DNA from: Octopus sinensis | Taxonomy: Eukaryota | Assembly (NCBI RefSeq): GCF_006345805.1 | Contig: NC_043009.1 | Span: forward strand, 35,030,001 to 35,094,000 | Length of the DNA: 64,000 nucleotides | Direction: 5' to 3' | Part shown: one piece after another, positions 25,032 to 39,579 of the stretch | Layout of the letters: each line of letters begins with the position of its first letter | Position numbering within the stretch: position 1 is the stretch's first letter | Notes under the pieces: model-generated | Database searches by the model: none | Told to the model about the DNA's origin: nothing | Seen by the model: only the letters and a program-made list of their open reading frames with translations | Translations under genes and position numbers: made by a program

Positions 25032-25632
25032 TACACGTATACATACATACACATCTTGTGTCTGCGTTTGTCCCCCATCACCGTTTGACAATCGATGTTG
25101 GTGTGTTTACGATCTCGTAACCTAGCTATTCGGCCAAATTAACCGACAGAAGACGTACTTGGCTCGAAAGAATAAGTCCTGCGGTAATTCGTTCGCGTAA
25201 AACCCTTCAATGCAGTGCTCCAGCATGACTGCAGTCAAATGAGTGAAACAATTAAAACGTAAAACAAAAAGATATTTCTGATTAAATTCTGTTCAATTAA
25301 TAAGCAACATAATTCAATGAACGGTAGTGTCTAACTTTGCATATCTGTCGGTGAGACTGAATATAATCGATTATATTGATTTCAATAATGAACACATGTC
25401 GATTCCATTAGCAAATACGGTAAATTTAAATTTGGAAAGATTTGAACGATCCTCAGAGTAACCTAACTAAATAGAAAAAAAAAATTCTATTTTCTATCGT
25501 TTCTGTACTCCCATTTTACTACATTCCACTACGCAATTGCTGCTTCTAGTAGAAATAGTAAGATTACTCTCAACTCTCAGTAAACAAAAACGGGACACAG
25601 GACATCATTTAATAGTACTTACACTATATCTT

Positions 25633-25916
25633 GTGGAGGCACATGGCCTAGTGGTTAGAGCGGCATTCGAGGGGTCGCGGGTTCGAATCTCAGACCGGGC
25701 TATGTGTGTGATTATGAGCGAAACACCTAAGCTCCACGCGGCTCTGGCAGAAGGTAATGGCGAACTTCTGCTGACTCTTTCGCCACAACTTTTTCTCACT
25801 CTTTCCTCCTGCATCTTGCAGCTCATCTGCGACGGACTGGCGTCCCGTCCAGTTGGGGAACCTATACGCCAAAGAAACCGGCCCTTATGAGCCAAGTACG
25901 GCTCGAGAAGGAACAA
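25633..25916 (+). mobile_element. tRNA-derived SINE with 12-bp TSD
   Basis: A/B-box head ggcacatggcctagtggttagagc...gggttcgaatc. TSD acactatatctt (25621-25632 / 25917-25928). Confidence 0.9.
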
Positions 25917-26801
25917 ACACTATATCTTAAAATATCTGAGATTGTTATGGTTGGAACCCTTTGGTAATAGGACCAAAAAAATGGAAACATCATGGAGCTA
26001 AGCAACAACATATACGAGAACTGGCACAAAAGACAAAAAGGAAATGAGAAAGAAAAACACTTTCTTGCAATATATGTGTTTTCCAAGGAGTGCCATGTTG
26101 AATATAAATTGCCTAAAACGTTATAAAAGTAAATAAAATATTGAAATCGAGAAAAGAGGAGAAAAAAATCAATGAGAAGGTAACACATTCTGCCAAATAA
26201 TGTTTTGAATTTGGTTTGTTGTGTGCAGATGAGAATTTTAAGCTGATTAACAAGTAATGCCATACGTGTGACTGTATTCGTATCTGTTTGACTTTCTAAG
26301 AGAAATAATTCAGTGGCCAGTGTCGAATAAGCGTAAACAAATTACCATAAAAGATAGATTCTTTGGTTTATTAAAATTATCTCAGGAGAAAGTAGAGTGA
26401 TCGCTTGGTGACAGTTAATGCCAAACTAGCTACAAATGAGAAGGAGACATAATTTTAACAATGAAGAATTTCCCCAAATCGGCCTGCTTTAAAGCAAAAG
26501 AAAGTCTTGGTATCTAGTCCATGCCAGATTTAAACATCCCAATATTTACATGCAATTTTTGCGCTTCAAAGAAGCTTAAACGGGTTTTCAATGTGAGACA
26601 TTGGAACACTGAGTAGAACACAGCCACAATTCTTCGTGTGTGTGTATGATCGGATGAGCGCGCGCGTGTGTAGGCAAAATTGCGATGAAAGAACAAAATC
26701 AAGAACACAAGAAAATGTTGTGGATAAATTCAAAATCGGTTAACTTATAAAAAATACTTATACATAGATATACATAAATACACACACATACACACACACG
26801 C

Positions 26802-26839
<38 letters not shown>

Positions 26840-26879
26840 ATATATATATAATATATATATATATACACGCACGCACGTA

Positions 26880-27210
26880 TATATAAGTGCCTGTGTGGCA
26901 AGAAGCTTGCTTCCACTGCGAGACACGTTGGCCAAGTGTATTCTACAGTAATCTCGAGCCGACCAAAGCCTTGTGAGTAAATTTGGTAGAAAACTCGTCG
27001 TATAATTATATGTCTGTGGGTGTGTTCGTGTCTTTGTGTCTATGTTTGTTTCCCCATCACTGCTTGATAACCGTTGGTTGTTAATGTGCCCGTTCTGCAA
27101 AAGAGACCGAATGAATAAGTACTGGTTCGCTTCGTTCGACTAAAAACTGTTCAATGTGGTGCTCCAACACGGCCGTAGTCAAATGAAAGAAACAATTAAA
27201 ACAGTGAAAG
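26880..27210 (+). mobile_element. Octopus-type SINE (diverged)
   Basis: gccgaccaaagccttgtgag...gtgctccaacacggccgtagtcaaatg resembles the other copies. Confidence 0.7.
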
Positions 27211-27280
27211 AATAATGGAAGATATATATGTAAATATATACGTATGATTACGTATTTATGAATGGATATGTACACACACA

Positions 27281-27352
27281 CACATATATACATATATGTG
27301 CGCCACATATATACATATATGTGCGCCACATATATACATATATGTGCGCCAC
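27281..27352 (+). repeat. 23-bp minisatellite (cacatatatacatatatgtgcgc) x3
   Basis: Three exact units. Confidence 0.9.
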
Positions 27353-29011
27353 ATAGTGTCTCCCTCTCTCTTTCTATCTCTGTCTCTCCTTCTGTCTATG
27401 TGTGCGTGTGTGGATAAATATGCGTACACAAAAAGAGACAGGTATTTGGGTGTTATCGATGGATTTCTAGACTTGAAAATTATTACTGAAATTGATCTTA
27501 TCAACTAAAATATTTAACTCAGTGCTCAAGCACGGTCGTCGCAGCCCATCGACTGAGAGAATGAAAATAACGCCAATAAAATAAGCATAAATATCTACAT
27601 GAACAATAGAAAATGAAAAATATTCACTGCTTATATGTACATATGCATGGAAAAATCTATTCGTAAAATGTTGAAAAATGTGTAACTCTTGAGAATATAA
27701 CTCTTGAGAATATAATTTCATTTCAAAATCATTATTTGCCTAGCCTAATGGAAACTTAGAATATTACCAATACTCATGTTACATATACCCCGCATGCTTT
27801 TTTGTTTCGTTTGTGCTACAAAAACATAAAACTGGTCAACAATCAACAAAAATCGAAGTCTCGATTGAATGGAATCGTAGTTAGGATTAGCTATTTGCGT
27901 GCTTTGAAAATAAAGAAACACACACACACACACACACACAAATATATTAATATAGACAAATGGGTGGGGCATTCATGTATCTATGAAAGTCTCTGTGTGT
28001 GTGTGTCACTAAGTGGACGCCCGAGTGTGCGTTTGAATGTGACCGTCCAGTCCCAGCTGACGATATCAAAATATGACGTTGATTGCAATTGATAAATATA
28101 ATGTATAGATGGCCTCTTGTGTATTGGAAATTGGAGAGAAAGGTTTTGTCACTATCTAAATATATTGAAAGCATAACATCGATGAAGATTTTATTAAACT
28201 TTTAGGTTTACTAATAAATCCCACTGCTTACTAGCTCTAAACGTCATGTTAGAGTTTAGAACCTGTATCAATTTTCAAACGGAAAATTCCCAGAAAATAC
28301 ACACATATAATTATACGCACACACGCACACACACAGAGTGTTATATCTTAGTCGTGCCTTGCAAGCACCGCTAAACTAGGAGATTGTCGTCCCCTTCCGC
28401 TTATTGTTTAAGGTACTCGTCTCTCCCCGATCCCATGTCATAACAGAGCATCAAAAACGTCAGATCGATTGGGAGAGAACCACATCAGCAATCTCTGTGT
28501 ATTCATTTCGAATCTCTATCACCCAAATGATTTGGTGAGACAGAATCATTTTAAATGTAGTCATTAGGACTAAAATATTGAGGTGAGAGATAGTCAATTA
28601 CTTTTACCTCGTATGTGGATTGTACTTTATTTTATCGACCCTGAGATGAACGGCAAAATTGATCTCGGAAGAATTTAGATTGACAACTTAAAGAAACGAA
28701 ATACCACAGAGCATTTTGTTCGACGCTCAAACAAATCTGCCTGTCGCCCGCCATATATAGGATAAATAACAAATACAAATTAAAAAGAAACACGAAAACA
28801 ACGAAAAGTAGATATTCATTCCTTGATAGGATTTGAACTCTTTGCCATAAGAATGATGTGATGATACATTTTAAATGTAACATTGTAGAATAAATTAGGA
28901 ATATGTCATGAATAATTGTTGATCCCTTTCTTATGTAAATGAGAGCACAATTAGAGGTTGACCTGGGTATGATCAATTTCACTGATTTCAGTATGCCATC
29001 GATTCCACCAG

Positions 29012-29413
29012 CAAGGAAGGCGGCGAGCTGCTAGAATCGTTATCACGCCGGGCGAAATGCTTAGCAGTATTTCGTCTGCCGTTACGTTCTGAGTTCAAAT
29101 TCCGCCGAGGTCGACTTTGCCTTTCATCCTTTCGGGATCGATTAAATAAGTACCAGTTACGCACTGGAGTCGATATAATCGACTTAACTCGTTCTTCTGT
29201 CCTTGTTTGTCCTCTCTGTGTTTAGCCCCTTGTGGGTAGTAAAGAAACAAGTATTTCGTCTGTCTTCATGTTCTGAGTTCAAATTCCGCCGAGGTCGACT
29301 TTGTCTTTCATCCTTTCGGGATCGATAAATTAAGTACCAGTTGCGTACTAGGGTCGATCTAACCGATTGGCCCCTCCACCAAAATTTCGGGCCTTGTGCC
29401 TAGAGTAGAAAAG
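29012..29413 (+). mobile_element. Dimeric tRNA-derived SINE with 11-bp TSD
   Basis: The block tatttcgtctg...ttctgagttcaaattccgccgaggtcgac...agtaccagtt occurs twice. TSD gattccaccag (29001-29011 / 29414-29424). Confidence 0.88.
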
Positions 29414-29976
29414 GATTCCACCAGGAAGGGAAGATAGTCAACCTTATCAAGATTTGAAAGATTGTAAAGTATGATAGATTGAGCTCTACTGGTTCTCTTG
29501 ATCTGCTAGAAATGGAAACCAAATTTTTCAGCTTACAAGTTAGTGTCTTAATCCACCGATGCAAACCATATAATTTAGTCCTACATATCTTATAACTTCA
29601 AACAGCATATGGTAGCACTCCTGGCTTCACTGATTATATGTCTGTTAAATATGAGTTACCGTCAGCCAAACAACTACAACACTTACTGATTTAGAGTTCT
29701 TGCTAGCGTCCTCACTGTAACAATCACTATTCATTTTTTTAATATAAAACACATAACGTTATATTTTTTAAAATCAATAATAAAATGAATAATAAAATGA
29801 ATCAATAATAAAATAACATTTTCCACTACCATTTTCAGTTTGAAGATTGGTATTTTGATTTGATGAATATATTCAATAACTGACTCAATGTTTCAATGTT
29901 TTAAACAAACAATCAGGTGTCAGAAGTACGTGTGATTGAATCAGTATTTCTCGGTGTATCTGCCTATTTGTCTGTC

Positions 29977-31090
<1,114 letters not shown>

Positions 31091-31103
31091 ATATGTATGT
31101 ATT

Positions 31104-31143
<40 letters not shown>

Positions 31144-31499
31144 TGGAGTAAACACATAAATGTGAACATTTGAGTATTTGAGTATATATATATATATATA
31201 TATACACACATTACATGTATGTATATACATGTAATTGAATACGCACATATATGTCCCATTTGTGTATGTATATTTGAATTCGTGTACTATTACATTTTTT
31301 ATTACATGTTACAATCTGATATGATTTCTTTTACTTTTTATTTTTTTATTTGTTTCAGCCATGCGGGGGCGCCACCTTGAAATTTTCGTCGACTGAATCG
31401 ACACCAGTATTTATTTTTTATTTTGTCATGCCTGGTTCTTATTCTATCGATAAATCACAAGCCATAGAATTATTTTCAATAAACATTTCAAACGTAATT

Positions 31500-31800
31500 C
31501 GTTTCACAGTATAACTGCTTCTGGGGCGCAACCACTATTGTGTGGATACAACTTTCGCCTTAGAATCTCTAGTGTGCATTCGGCCCCACTGCTCTCTCCT
31601 TTATAAAGTGTCACATACGTCAAAGAAGTGTATGCTGCGGGAACTGTTCAAGACAGACCCTTTCTTCCGGTTATGCCGCACTCATAACAATCTTTCAAAT
31701 CCAATAAATATAGAAATGAAGGGGAAAATACGTTTCACGCTTCTGAACTCTGCCTTTTGGAAAAATTTCCATACTCCAATTCCTGCCGTAACAATGTTTG
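31500..31800 (-). mobile_element. Possible Tc1-like transposase N-terminal remnant
   Basis: Fragmentary KFFQKAEFRSVKRIF...GSVLNS...LEILRRKLYP resembles Tc1-type HTH regions. Confidence 0.4.
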
Positions 31801-31816
31801 GGATGCTTGTGTGTGC

Positions 31817-31849
<33 letters not shown>

Positions 31850-31920
31850 TGTATGTATGTATGTATGTATGTATGTATGTATGCATGTTTGTATATATGC
31901 ATGTATGCATGTGCGTATGC

Positions 31921-31967
<47 letters not shown>

Positions 31968-32167
31968 AAGCGAGAGAGAAACAAAGAGAAAGGTTTATAT
32001 AGGGAGAGACACTTATACATATAGACATATACATACGTATATTGAGTTCTACACCAGATTAGCATCGCAATGCTTAAGCGAAATATGTGTGTGTGTATGT
32101 GAGTGTGTTTGAAAGAGAGAGATAGAGACAGAGAGAGGGAGACGGAGAGACAGAGAGAGAGAGAGAG

Positions 32168-32201
<34 letters not shown>

Positions 32202-32618
32202 GCGAGGGAGATGAGAAAAAATGTAGTATGTGCAACATCCGAGGAGATTACGAGTGAGAATGTAAAAGTATCATTTAAACTTTATACACATTCAACAGGT
32301 ATTTGAAAGGCAAATAGACGAAGAGATTGTCAGTAAGAGTGAAGATACCTAATTTGAACTGTAGAAAGATGAAGCGCATCAGAAAAGAGACTCATTGTGA
32401 TTTGCTGTAAAAAAGAGAAAAGCAAACAACACAAGGATAACACTAAGAATAACCGAGACGACAAAATTAAGGTTAAGAATAACCGAGACGACAAAATTAA
32501 GGTTAAAAATGGAGGAAACGTTGAATCAGTAAGATTAATAACTAATGAAATCGGTTAGAGATTAACTCCAATATTTTAAGTTCACTATTACAGTTTTATT
32601 CTGAACCCATAATTTTTT

Positions 32619-33006
32619 GGATGATGATGGAAGCACTCCGTCGGTTCCGACGATGAGGGTTCTGGTTGATCCGATCAACGGAACAGCCTGCTCGTGAAAT
32701 TAACGTGTAAGTGACTGAGCACTCCACAGACACGTGTACCCTTAACGTAGTTCTCGGGGATATTCAGCGTGACACAGAGAGTGACAAGGCCGGCCCCTTG
32801 AAATACAGGTACAACAGAAACAGGAAGTAAGAGTGAGAGAAAGTTGTGGTGAAAGAGTACAGCAGGGATCACCACCATCCCCTGCCGGAGCCTCGTGGAG
32901 CTTTTTAGGTGTTTTCGCTCAATAAACACTCACAACGTCTGGGAATCGAAACCGCGATCCTACGACCGCGAGTCCGCTGCCCTAACCACTGGGCCATTGC
33001 GCCTCC
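32619..33006 (-). mobile_element. Near-intact tRNA-derived SINE with 14-bp TSD
   Basis: Head ggaggcgcaatggcccagtggttagggc...ggtttcgattccc and (tca)n tail. TSD acccataatttttt (32605-32618 / 33007-33020). Confidence 0.92.
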
Positions 33007-34848
33007 ACCCATAATTTTTTATCTAGTCATGCACTGAATATTTTAGTACTCCGACAAAGTAATGACATCAATCTATTGTAATCTGGTTTGTTTTAAAAAA
33101 TAGAAAAGCTTGTTAAAAATTCATACAAACACCTGAAGAACCGAAACGGGTAACATTTAATTTTAGTATCGAGTATTTTTTCTCGAGTTCTATTAACTAA
33201 CGTGTATTCATTTCATGCACAAAAATACACACACACACAGACATACCTAGACACAAACGCATGCATATTGGATGTACTTCATCAACTGATTTGTCGCGAG
33301 TTGCGAAAAATACTTCACACAAACCGAATACAGAGACTGGAAAAGAGTGTGACATTTTATAACGTTAATTAATATTTTCTATGGAATACGTCGCCCTAAG
33401 CTGTGAAATATGCCATAACTTTGCACAATTTATTCCAAATCTTATGTGTGCGGGCTCGCGCGCGCGTGTAGTTACATTCGTCTGTGTGTGTTGGTTGATA
33501 CGCAAGCACGGCTACATTATTCCTCTATTACAGACACAACTATCAATACATCAATATACCTAATTTGCTGTTCTGTTCAATTTTTTGAAAATATTTTCTC
33601 GTCTAGAAAGTATGAATTCCATTTGTCACGAAAAATACTAAATATATTTAACTGTTGCATCACATTTAACTCCTAGTCTTAGTTACCTTTACTGTTTTAG
33701 ACAATATACTGTTTTGTATAAGCTGAGGGTTTGTTAACTTAATTACACTCTCAATACAAAATATAAAGTGAATTTGTTTGAGAATCACGTCACTGAACCG
33801 ATTACACGCTCACTCGCTTGGAATCATTAATTTCAAAAGGAATTTTATAGTTGCAATAATTTTAGAATCCTTAAAAATTGAAGTAATTGACGTTTTGATT
33901 TTCAGTCAAAGAAACTTTGCGGGTATGTGTATGTGTGTGTGTGTGTACATACATAAATACAAAATATAATATACGTGTACACAGACACACACGCACATAC
34001 ACACATACACACATACTCATAAAACTACGCCTGTTTTATGAATTTGCCAAAACAGTCATCACTATTTGAACTATGAATGAATAATTTCAAATAATTGACT
34101 CATTTAACTCGCTCTTAAAAGATCCTGAAATATATTTTTCAAAAAAATATAAATTTTGAAGACCAATCACAGAAATCTCATTAATATTCAACACCTTTTG
34201 GACAGAAATAATTTTAGCTTAATTTTTATATTAAGAGGAATTTCTCTTGATTTCAATAATTGTTTCCGCATCATGTTCGTCTGTAAGTCGTTACGAAATT
34301 CTCTTGATTTAAATAATTGTTTCAAAATGGCTGACATTGAGAAAAAATCGTGGGTAACTGAGGCTACGAAGCACTTCAACAAGCTTCATTCCATCACCAC
34401 CAGAACTAAGACAAAAACGGACCCAAAAAGAGCAATTTGAACGAAAATGCAAGAGCGCAAGATCCTTGCAATTTTTGTGCTCTACTAAATTCAACTTCGC
34501 CATGATTCAGTGACTTTAAGGATTTAACATTTCGTTTCTTACAATTTTAAGTCAGTTGGACATAGTGCTTAAAGATATCTAAAATCATTATTATTATCAA
34601 ATAGTATTATTATTACGAAAGCGATAACATTATCAAAGATGTTTGAATTCATAAAATTGTTAATGGAATTTATTAACAATTTTGCCAAATGTCGTTATAA
34701 AACAACCTCGCGCTTTCGCAATCAAAATTACAAATCCTGGAAGTTTTGTAACGTTGGTACTGAATTGTTATTGGGAAAAAATTGAGGTTCAACAGAAGAC
34801 ATCGCAGTCAACTATTTATGAATTTAGTTTTATAAAAACATTAATAGA

Positions 34849-35040
34849 ATCGTGAAGTATATTTGCCACTTAAATGTGGCTAACCCTTAAAGGTGGATGC
34901 TACTGTAGCCTCCTCCAGCTGGCTATTGACACACCTTCTGTGCCCTATCAGTATATGCAAAGGGAAGCCATCGTTACACGCTACAGTAGCATCCAGCCTT
35001 AAGGGTTAGCCACATTTAAGTGGCAGATATACTTCACGAT
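34849..35040. mobile_element. 192-bp MITE with ~60-bp TIRs
   Basis: atcgtgaagtatatttgccacttaaatgtggctaacccttaaaggtggatgctactgtagc is mirrored, with few mismatches, at 34980-35040. Confidence 0.8.
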
Positions 35041-35986
35041 GTCGTGCAGCTACTGTTTATACCTCGCTAAGAGATTTATTATTGATTAATAGAATCAGTA
35101 GCGTCAAATAAATATCCACTGTTTTCTGTTTTATCTCATGCATAAAGCTAATAAAAACAGTGTATGCACTTTTTCAATTGAATTTCACAGAAATTTGTTT
35201 ATAAGAAATTTTGTACAAATGCAGACCTGTAGATGTTTTTCAAAAGACATTTGTGTTATTATTTGAAAGAATTTATTCGTATAAGAAAAATAAAGAACAA
35301 AAACAAAAAAACAAAAACGAAAGCAAAGAATATAACTGTCCTACATTCTTCTTATAAAGAAGTTTCTGATAGCGAAATATAAAAGCGGAAAATATTCTTT
35401 GATGGAAGTATTGTATACATGAATCAGAAAATTCCGTTGATTTTGCTGAAATCAATTGAAGTGTCAGCGGGCTTTGTAGCTGGTTATCAAAATATTAATG
35501 GAAAACACTCTATGTATGTAGACAAAAAGCTTACAGAACGGGCAGAAAACTATGAAATCTGTAAACGTAAAAATAAAATTAAAGTACTGATGAAAAGTTT
35601 ATTGAAATGTAATGTTATGAAAAGGTGATTCATTGCATTAATGTAATGTGTATAATACTGCGGGAGTATGAACTGGAAACGCACAAGGTACTGCATTTAG
35701 ACTGGTATCATAATCTATTAAATGAAAAATATTCTGTAACATCTTTTCTCTACATGTTTAACAATTTGTAAATGTTGATTTCAAGAAGCAGATAAACATA
35801 CTGACACAAAGTAAAATATAGGTTGAAATTCGATATACATATATTTACACATATACATAAACATGCATACACACATGCATACATTCATATTTATACATAC
35901 ATACATATATATATACACGAGCGCACAAATATATAAAAAAATATTTATATGTGTGTGTGTGTGTACGTGCGTATGTAAGTATGTAT

Positions 35987-36900
35987 ATTGGGTTGGCCAA
36001 ACTGTCCGTTAGATCTTTTTAAACGAAACTAAGACAGGTTTTAAGCTCAAAGCCACTTATCCAATCAATGATATGATCCTTTCTACTATGGGCATACATC
36101 CACCCCAGTGCTCGACTGGCAATTGATTTATCGACCCCGAAAGGATGAAAGGCAAAGTCGACCTCGGCGGAATTTTTCAATCAATGATATAATGGCCTTT
36201 TCGTTCCAACATCTGCCATCTTACAGGCAGATTCGGTATTACCGCTCAAAGGCTTTCTTTCTTGTCTTTGCAGGCGAAAAACTCTTCCAAGTAAATTTTT
36301 ACACCCTCATCGGAGTTGAAAATCTGTTCGTTGGATGAATTTTTGAAGAGAAATAAAGTAAAGAAGGAGAAATCTGCAGGTGCAAAATCGGGAGAAATTG
36401 GTGAGTGCGGCAAAACTTCACATCCAAACCCTAGAACCTTCTGTCACATCTGCAAAGAAGTGTCCAGACTGGCATTGTAGTGATGAAAGACGATACCTTT
36501 ACGATTAAAAAATGCTGGCTGTTTCTGGTGGATCGTAGCGTTTAACCTGACAAGCTGATTACAGTACATATACGAATTGATGTTCCTCTCCGTAAGAAGA
36601 AGCTCGTAGAAGACAACACTTTTCCAACTCTAACAAATTAAAAGTATAACCCTTTCCCGGTGAAGTCCAGTATTGAAGGTTCCAGTTGAATGTCTCCTTC
36701 ATTGGCTCGAATTTAACATATTTATCAAGTTGTTCTACCCTGACTTTGGCTAGATACAATGGCGGTGGTTTCACATACCCCATTAATTAACGGATGTATG
36801 CGGCATTATTCTACAATAACATTTTTCTTAGGAATACAATGACCGCTTGAGCCATCACTCTCATATACCGTTTGAAGTATTTGTAACATAGAGACAAATT
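35987..36900 (-). mobile_element. Degenerate mariner with an internal SINE fragment (~36090-36175)
   Basis: TIR-like tattgggttggcc. Minus-strand readings VFYELL...YCNQLVRL...VFHHYNA and EVLPHSPISPDFAPADF. Confidence 0.8.
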
Positions 36901-37162
36901 GTCAGAGATGCTCAACTGTAACATCTTCCTTGGAATAATATATATAGGATATCCAAATATCAGTCGATTATATCAATCACAGTACTTGACGAGTGCCTCA
37001 TTTCTTTGGATATATGAAGATTTGACTTCGATGGGATTTGATTTCGAAACACAGACGACTGGAACCACAATACCATATAACATAATGTACTAAAGATGAT
37101 GTATTTCCATAGCCATGCTGGAGGTGGTGGGGATGTAGCTGAGATAAAGAAATGTGTCTTAC

Positions 37163-37278
37163 CTTGCTTTATAAATGACCTGACCTTTGTCATAAACATG
37201 GAGCATTTTATTTTGAACTGTGACGTCATGGAAGTAGGAATACTTCTCGTTTGGGAAATACAAATCTGGAACCCATAT
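37163..37278 (-). CDS. Next internal exon (116 nt, phase 0/2) of the same Cys-loop channel (loops A and E)
   Basis: Acceptor tcatatcattctaaag, donor CAAG|gtaaga. Translates as IWVPDLYFPNEKYSYFHDVTVQNKMLHVYDKGQVIYKA(R), which aligns without gaps to GlyR [39 protein letters not shown]. Phase is compatible with the 49981-50091 exon. Confidence 0.95.
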
Positions 37279-37517
37279 CTTTAGAATGATATGAAAGAAA
37301 GAAAGTATTTATAAAGTATATAATGTGGAGGATATATTTCTCGTCTGTTTAAATGTGTGTTTTTGTTTCTGATAAATTAGTATAGGAAACTAATGAGATC
37401 GATACTTACATATAAATCAAACTGGTATGCAACAAATTTCTGTCACAGCAAGAGAGAAATGTTTTGAGATTTAGAAAATGGTATATCTTGCAATACCTAG
37501 ATTTATATGTAGAAACA

Positions 37518-37518
<1 letters not shown>

Positions 37519-37575
<57 letters not shown>

Positions 37576-37584
37576 ACACACACA

Positions 37585-37624
<40 letters not shown>

Positions 37625-37638
37625 CACACACACACACA
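37519..37638 (+). repeat. (CA)n microsatellite
   Basis: Direct inspection. One of many; others include (TA)n 6493-6606 and 43228-43318, (TACA)n 46350-46425, (TTA)n 48634-48683. Confidence 0.95.
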
Positions 37639-39096
37639 ACTCACACTCTTGGTATACCACATATCGCTAGCATATCTAAGACTACATTTCAAAGTTTGAC
37701 TATTTTCTTTCTTATTGGAAAATATTTCGACCCTCGAGAGCTGACACTCTTCAAGACTACAGTGGTCTCACACTGGAGGACTGCTTCAAGTGGTGAAACG
37801 CTTCTGATCCTCATTCACTTGATTATGATACGGAAAGTTTTCCAACATTGCGATTGATTTAGAAGACATTTCCGATCTTCTGAATAGCCCCTTTTTTTTT
37901 CACATGAGGTAAGTACCACACACACACACACACACACACTCTCTCTCTCTCTCTCTCACTCTCTCTTACTCTCTCTCTTGCTCTCTTTCTCTCCTTGTCT
38001 CTCTCGCTCTATCTCTCACACATGCTCACACACACATACACGACACACACGCACGCACACATAGCTTACTTTTCCGTTACTGGAGGGATAAACAAAAGAA
38101 CTCCATCTAGTGAGATTTTTATCATATAATATACATAAGGTTTAGATGCGAGCTACTATCATTTGATGTCTCATATAACACAATAGTTGTACGAACTTGT
38201 AGAGCGAGCCGTGTATTAAGAGGCAGTCATTCAGACGCAAAATGCATCATAGCTGCTCTCTAGGAAAAAGCAAGAAGGATGTGAACGAGAAAGTGTACGA
38301 AGAAAGGGTACGAGAAAAGAAAGATGAAGGGATGAGAGATAACACTTGTGTCCCTTTGGCCAGTTAGAATGAGAATTAATACTGATTGGTGTAGTTAATT
38401 TGAGAGAGCTAAATCTATATAAGTGGTGTTTTACAGTTCGATCACAGCAACCTATCAAGATGCTTACATGTAGTGAAAATTTCTGATCTGGTTTCGGTAG
38501 GTCGGTGGAGTGATTAGATATAAAGGATGAGGTCTTTAGGCTATGTATATAACCTGGACCTCCTTATCATATTAACACAAGGTGTGCATTCTTGAGCGAC
38601 GCTCCACTTGTTGGTTTGTGGTGGATGTAAAATCTAAGAATCTCACCGAGCTACTAAATTCGAGAACCGAAATTTTCACGAAATGTAAGTGCTTGGATTA
38701 AGCATGCAGTTTCATCTTTCAAGCATTTCCTTAAAGAGAAGCAATGTTGTATTTATCAGCATCTAAATCTGGTGATCCTGTGGATAACAAGTGATGTATA
38801 GAATGCTAAGCAGTAAGAGTGAGTTTGTAACATCGTACATGGAATAATTACCGTTAATTTCTGTATCAAAAGTGTCACTAGCAGTTTAATAGTGTAAGAA
38901 CTTCTGCGATTTTTCAAGCGATCCATTTTCTTATTCGCTCCCTTTTACAAATGTAAAATTGAATGTGATTAAAGGGTATTTCTAAATTAATAGATACTCA
39001 AATTAGGAAAGAAAACTTTCGGAGAGTTCTTTAATAGTTATTTCTTGCGTTCAACTCATAGTAATTGTATTATACGAAAAGATTCTCGCATACCTA

Positions 39097-39126
<30 letters not shown>

Positions 39127-39137
<11 letters not shown>

Positions 39138-39445
39138 ATTCGAGACAAAACCACTATTTTAAAATCAAACAAGGAAAGACTTAATCAATACATAAAATTT
39201 TGATACTGATTAGAAGATCGAAAATCCACCTGAAGAATGTCAGTAGCAGACATGAAACAATTGTAGTGGCGGTTTATTTAATTTATATTAAAATTTTATG
39301 TATTGATTAAGTCTTTCCTTGTTTGATTTTAAAATAGTGGTTTTGTCTCGAATTATATTATATAATATTTTACTATAAAATTGGATTTAACCCTAAATCT
39401 GATTTTTCCCTGTAATTTTGGATTCATTCCCTAATATTTATTATT
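39127..39445 (+). mobile_element. PLE-type pseudo-LTR element with 75-bp perfect inverted repeats enclosing an HHR, inserted in (TA)n
   Basis: 39127-39201 is the exact reverse complement of 39290-39364. An ~80-bp tail and then (TA)n follow. Confidence 0.75.
39226..39269 (+). ncRNA. Canonical minimal type I hammerhead ribozyme
   Basis: ccac-CTGAAGA-atgtc agtagca gacat-GAA-ACAATTGT-A-gtgg. All three stems pair, loop III is palindromic, and the GUA triplet predicts cleavage after 39265. Confidence 0.85.
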
Positions 39446-39579
39446 ATATATATATATATATAGTTTATAATTCTAGCACTTCTTGGGAATACATACATAT
39501 TATGCATATCGTGCATATGACCAAAAACATATTTTAAATTTATGCTAATTGAATTGATAAGCTGTAACAGAAGGTCATG

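Noticed and set aside
34190-34520. Possible Tc1 5' end with two 28-bp direct repeats (~34238 and ~34296)
   Set aside because: No second TIR or transposase motif could be verified.
36559-36783. ORF just downstream of the channel exon, considered as the next exon
   Set aside because: It is part of the mariner remnant and lacks the Cys-loop motif.
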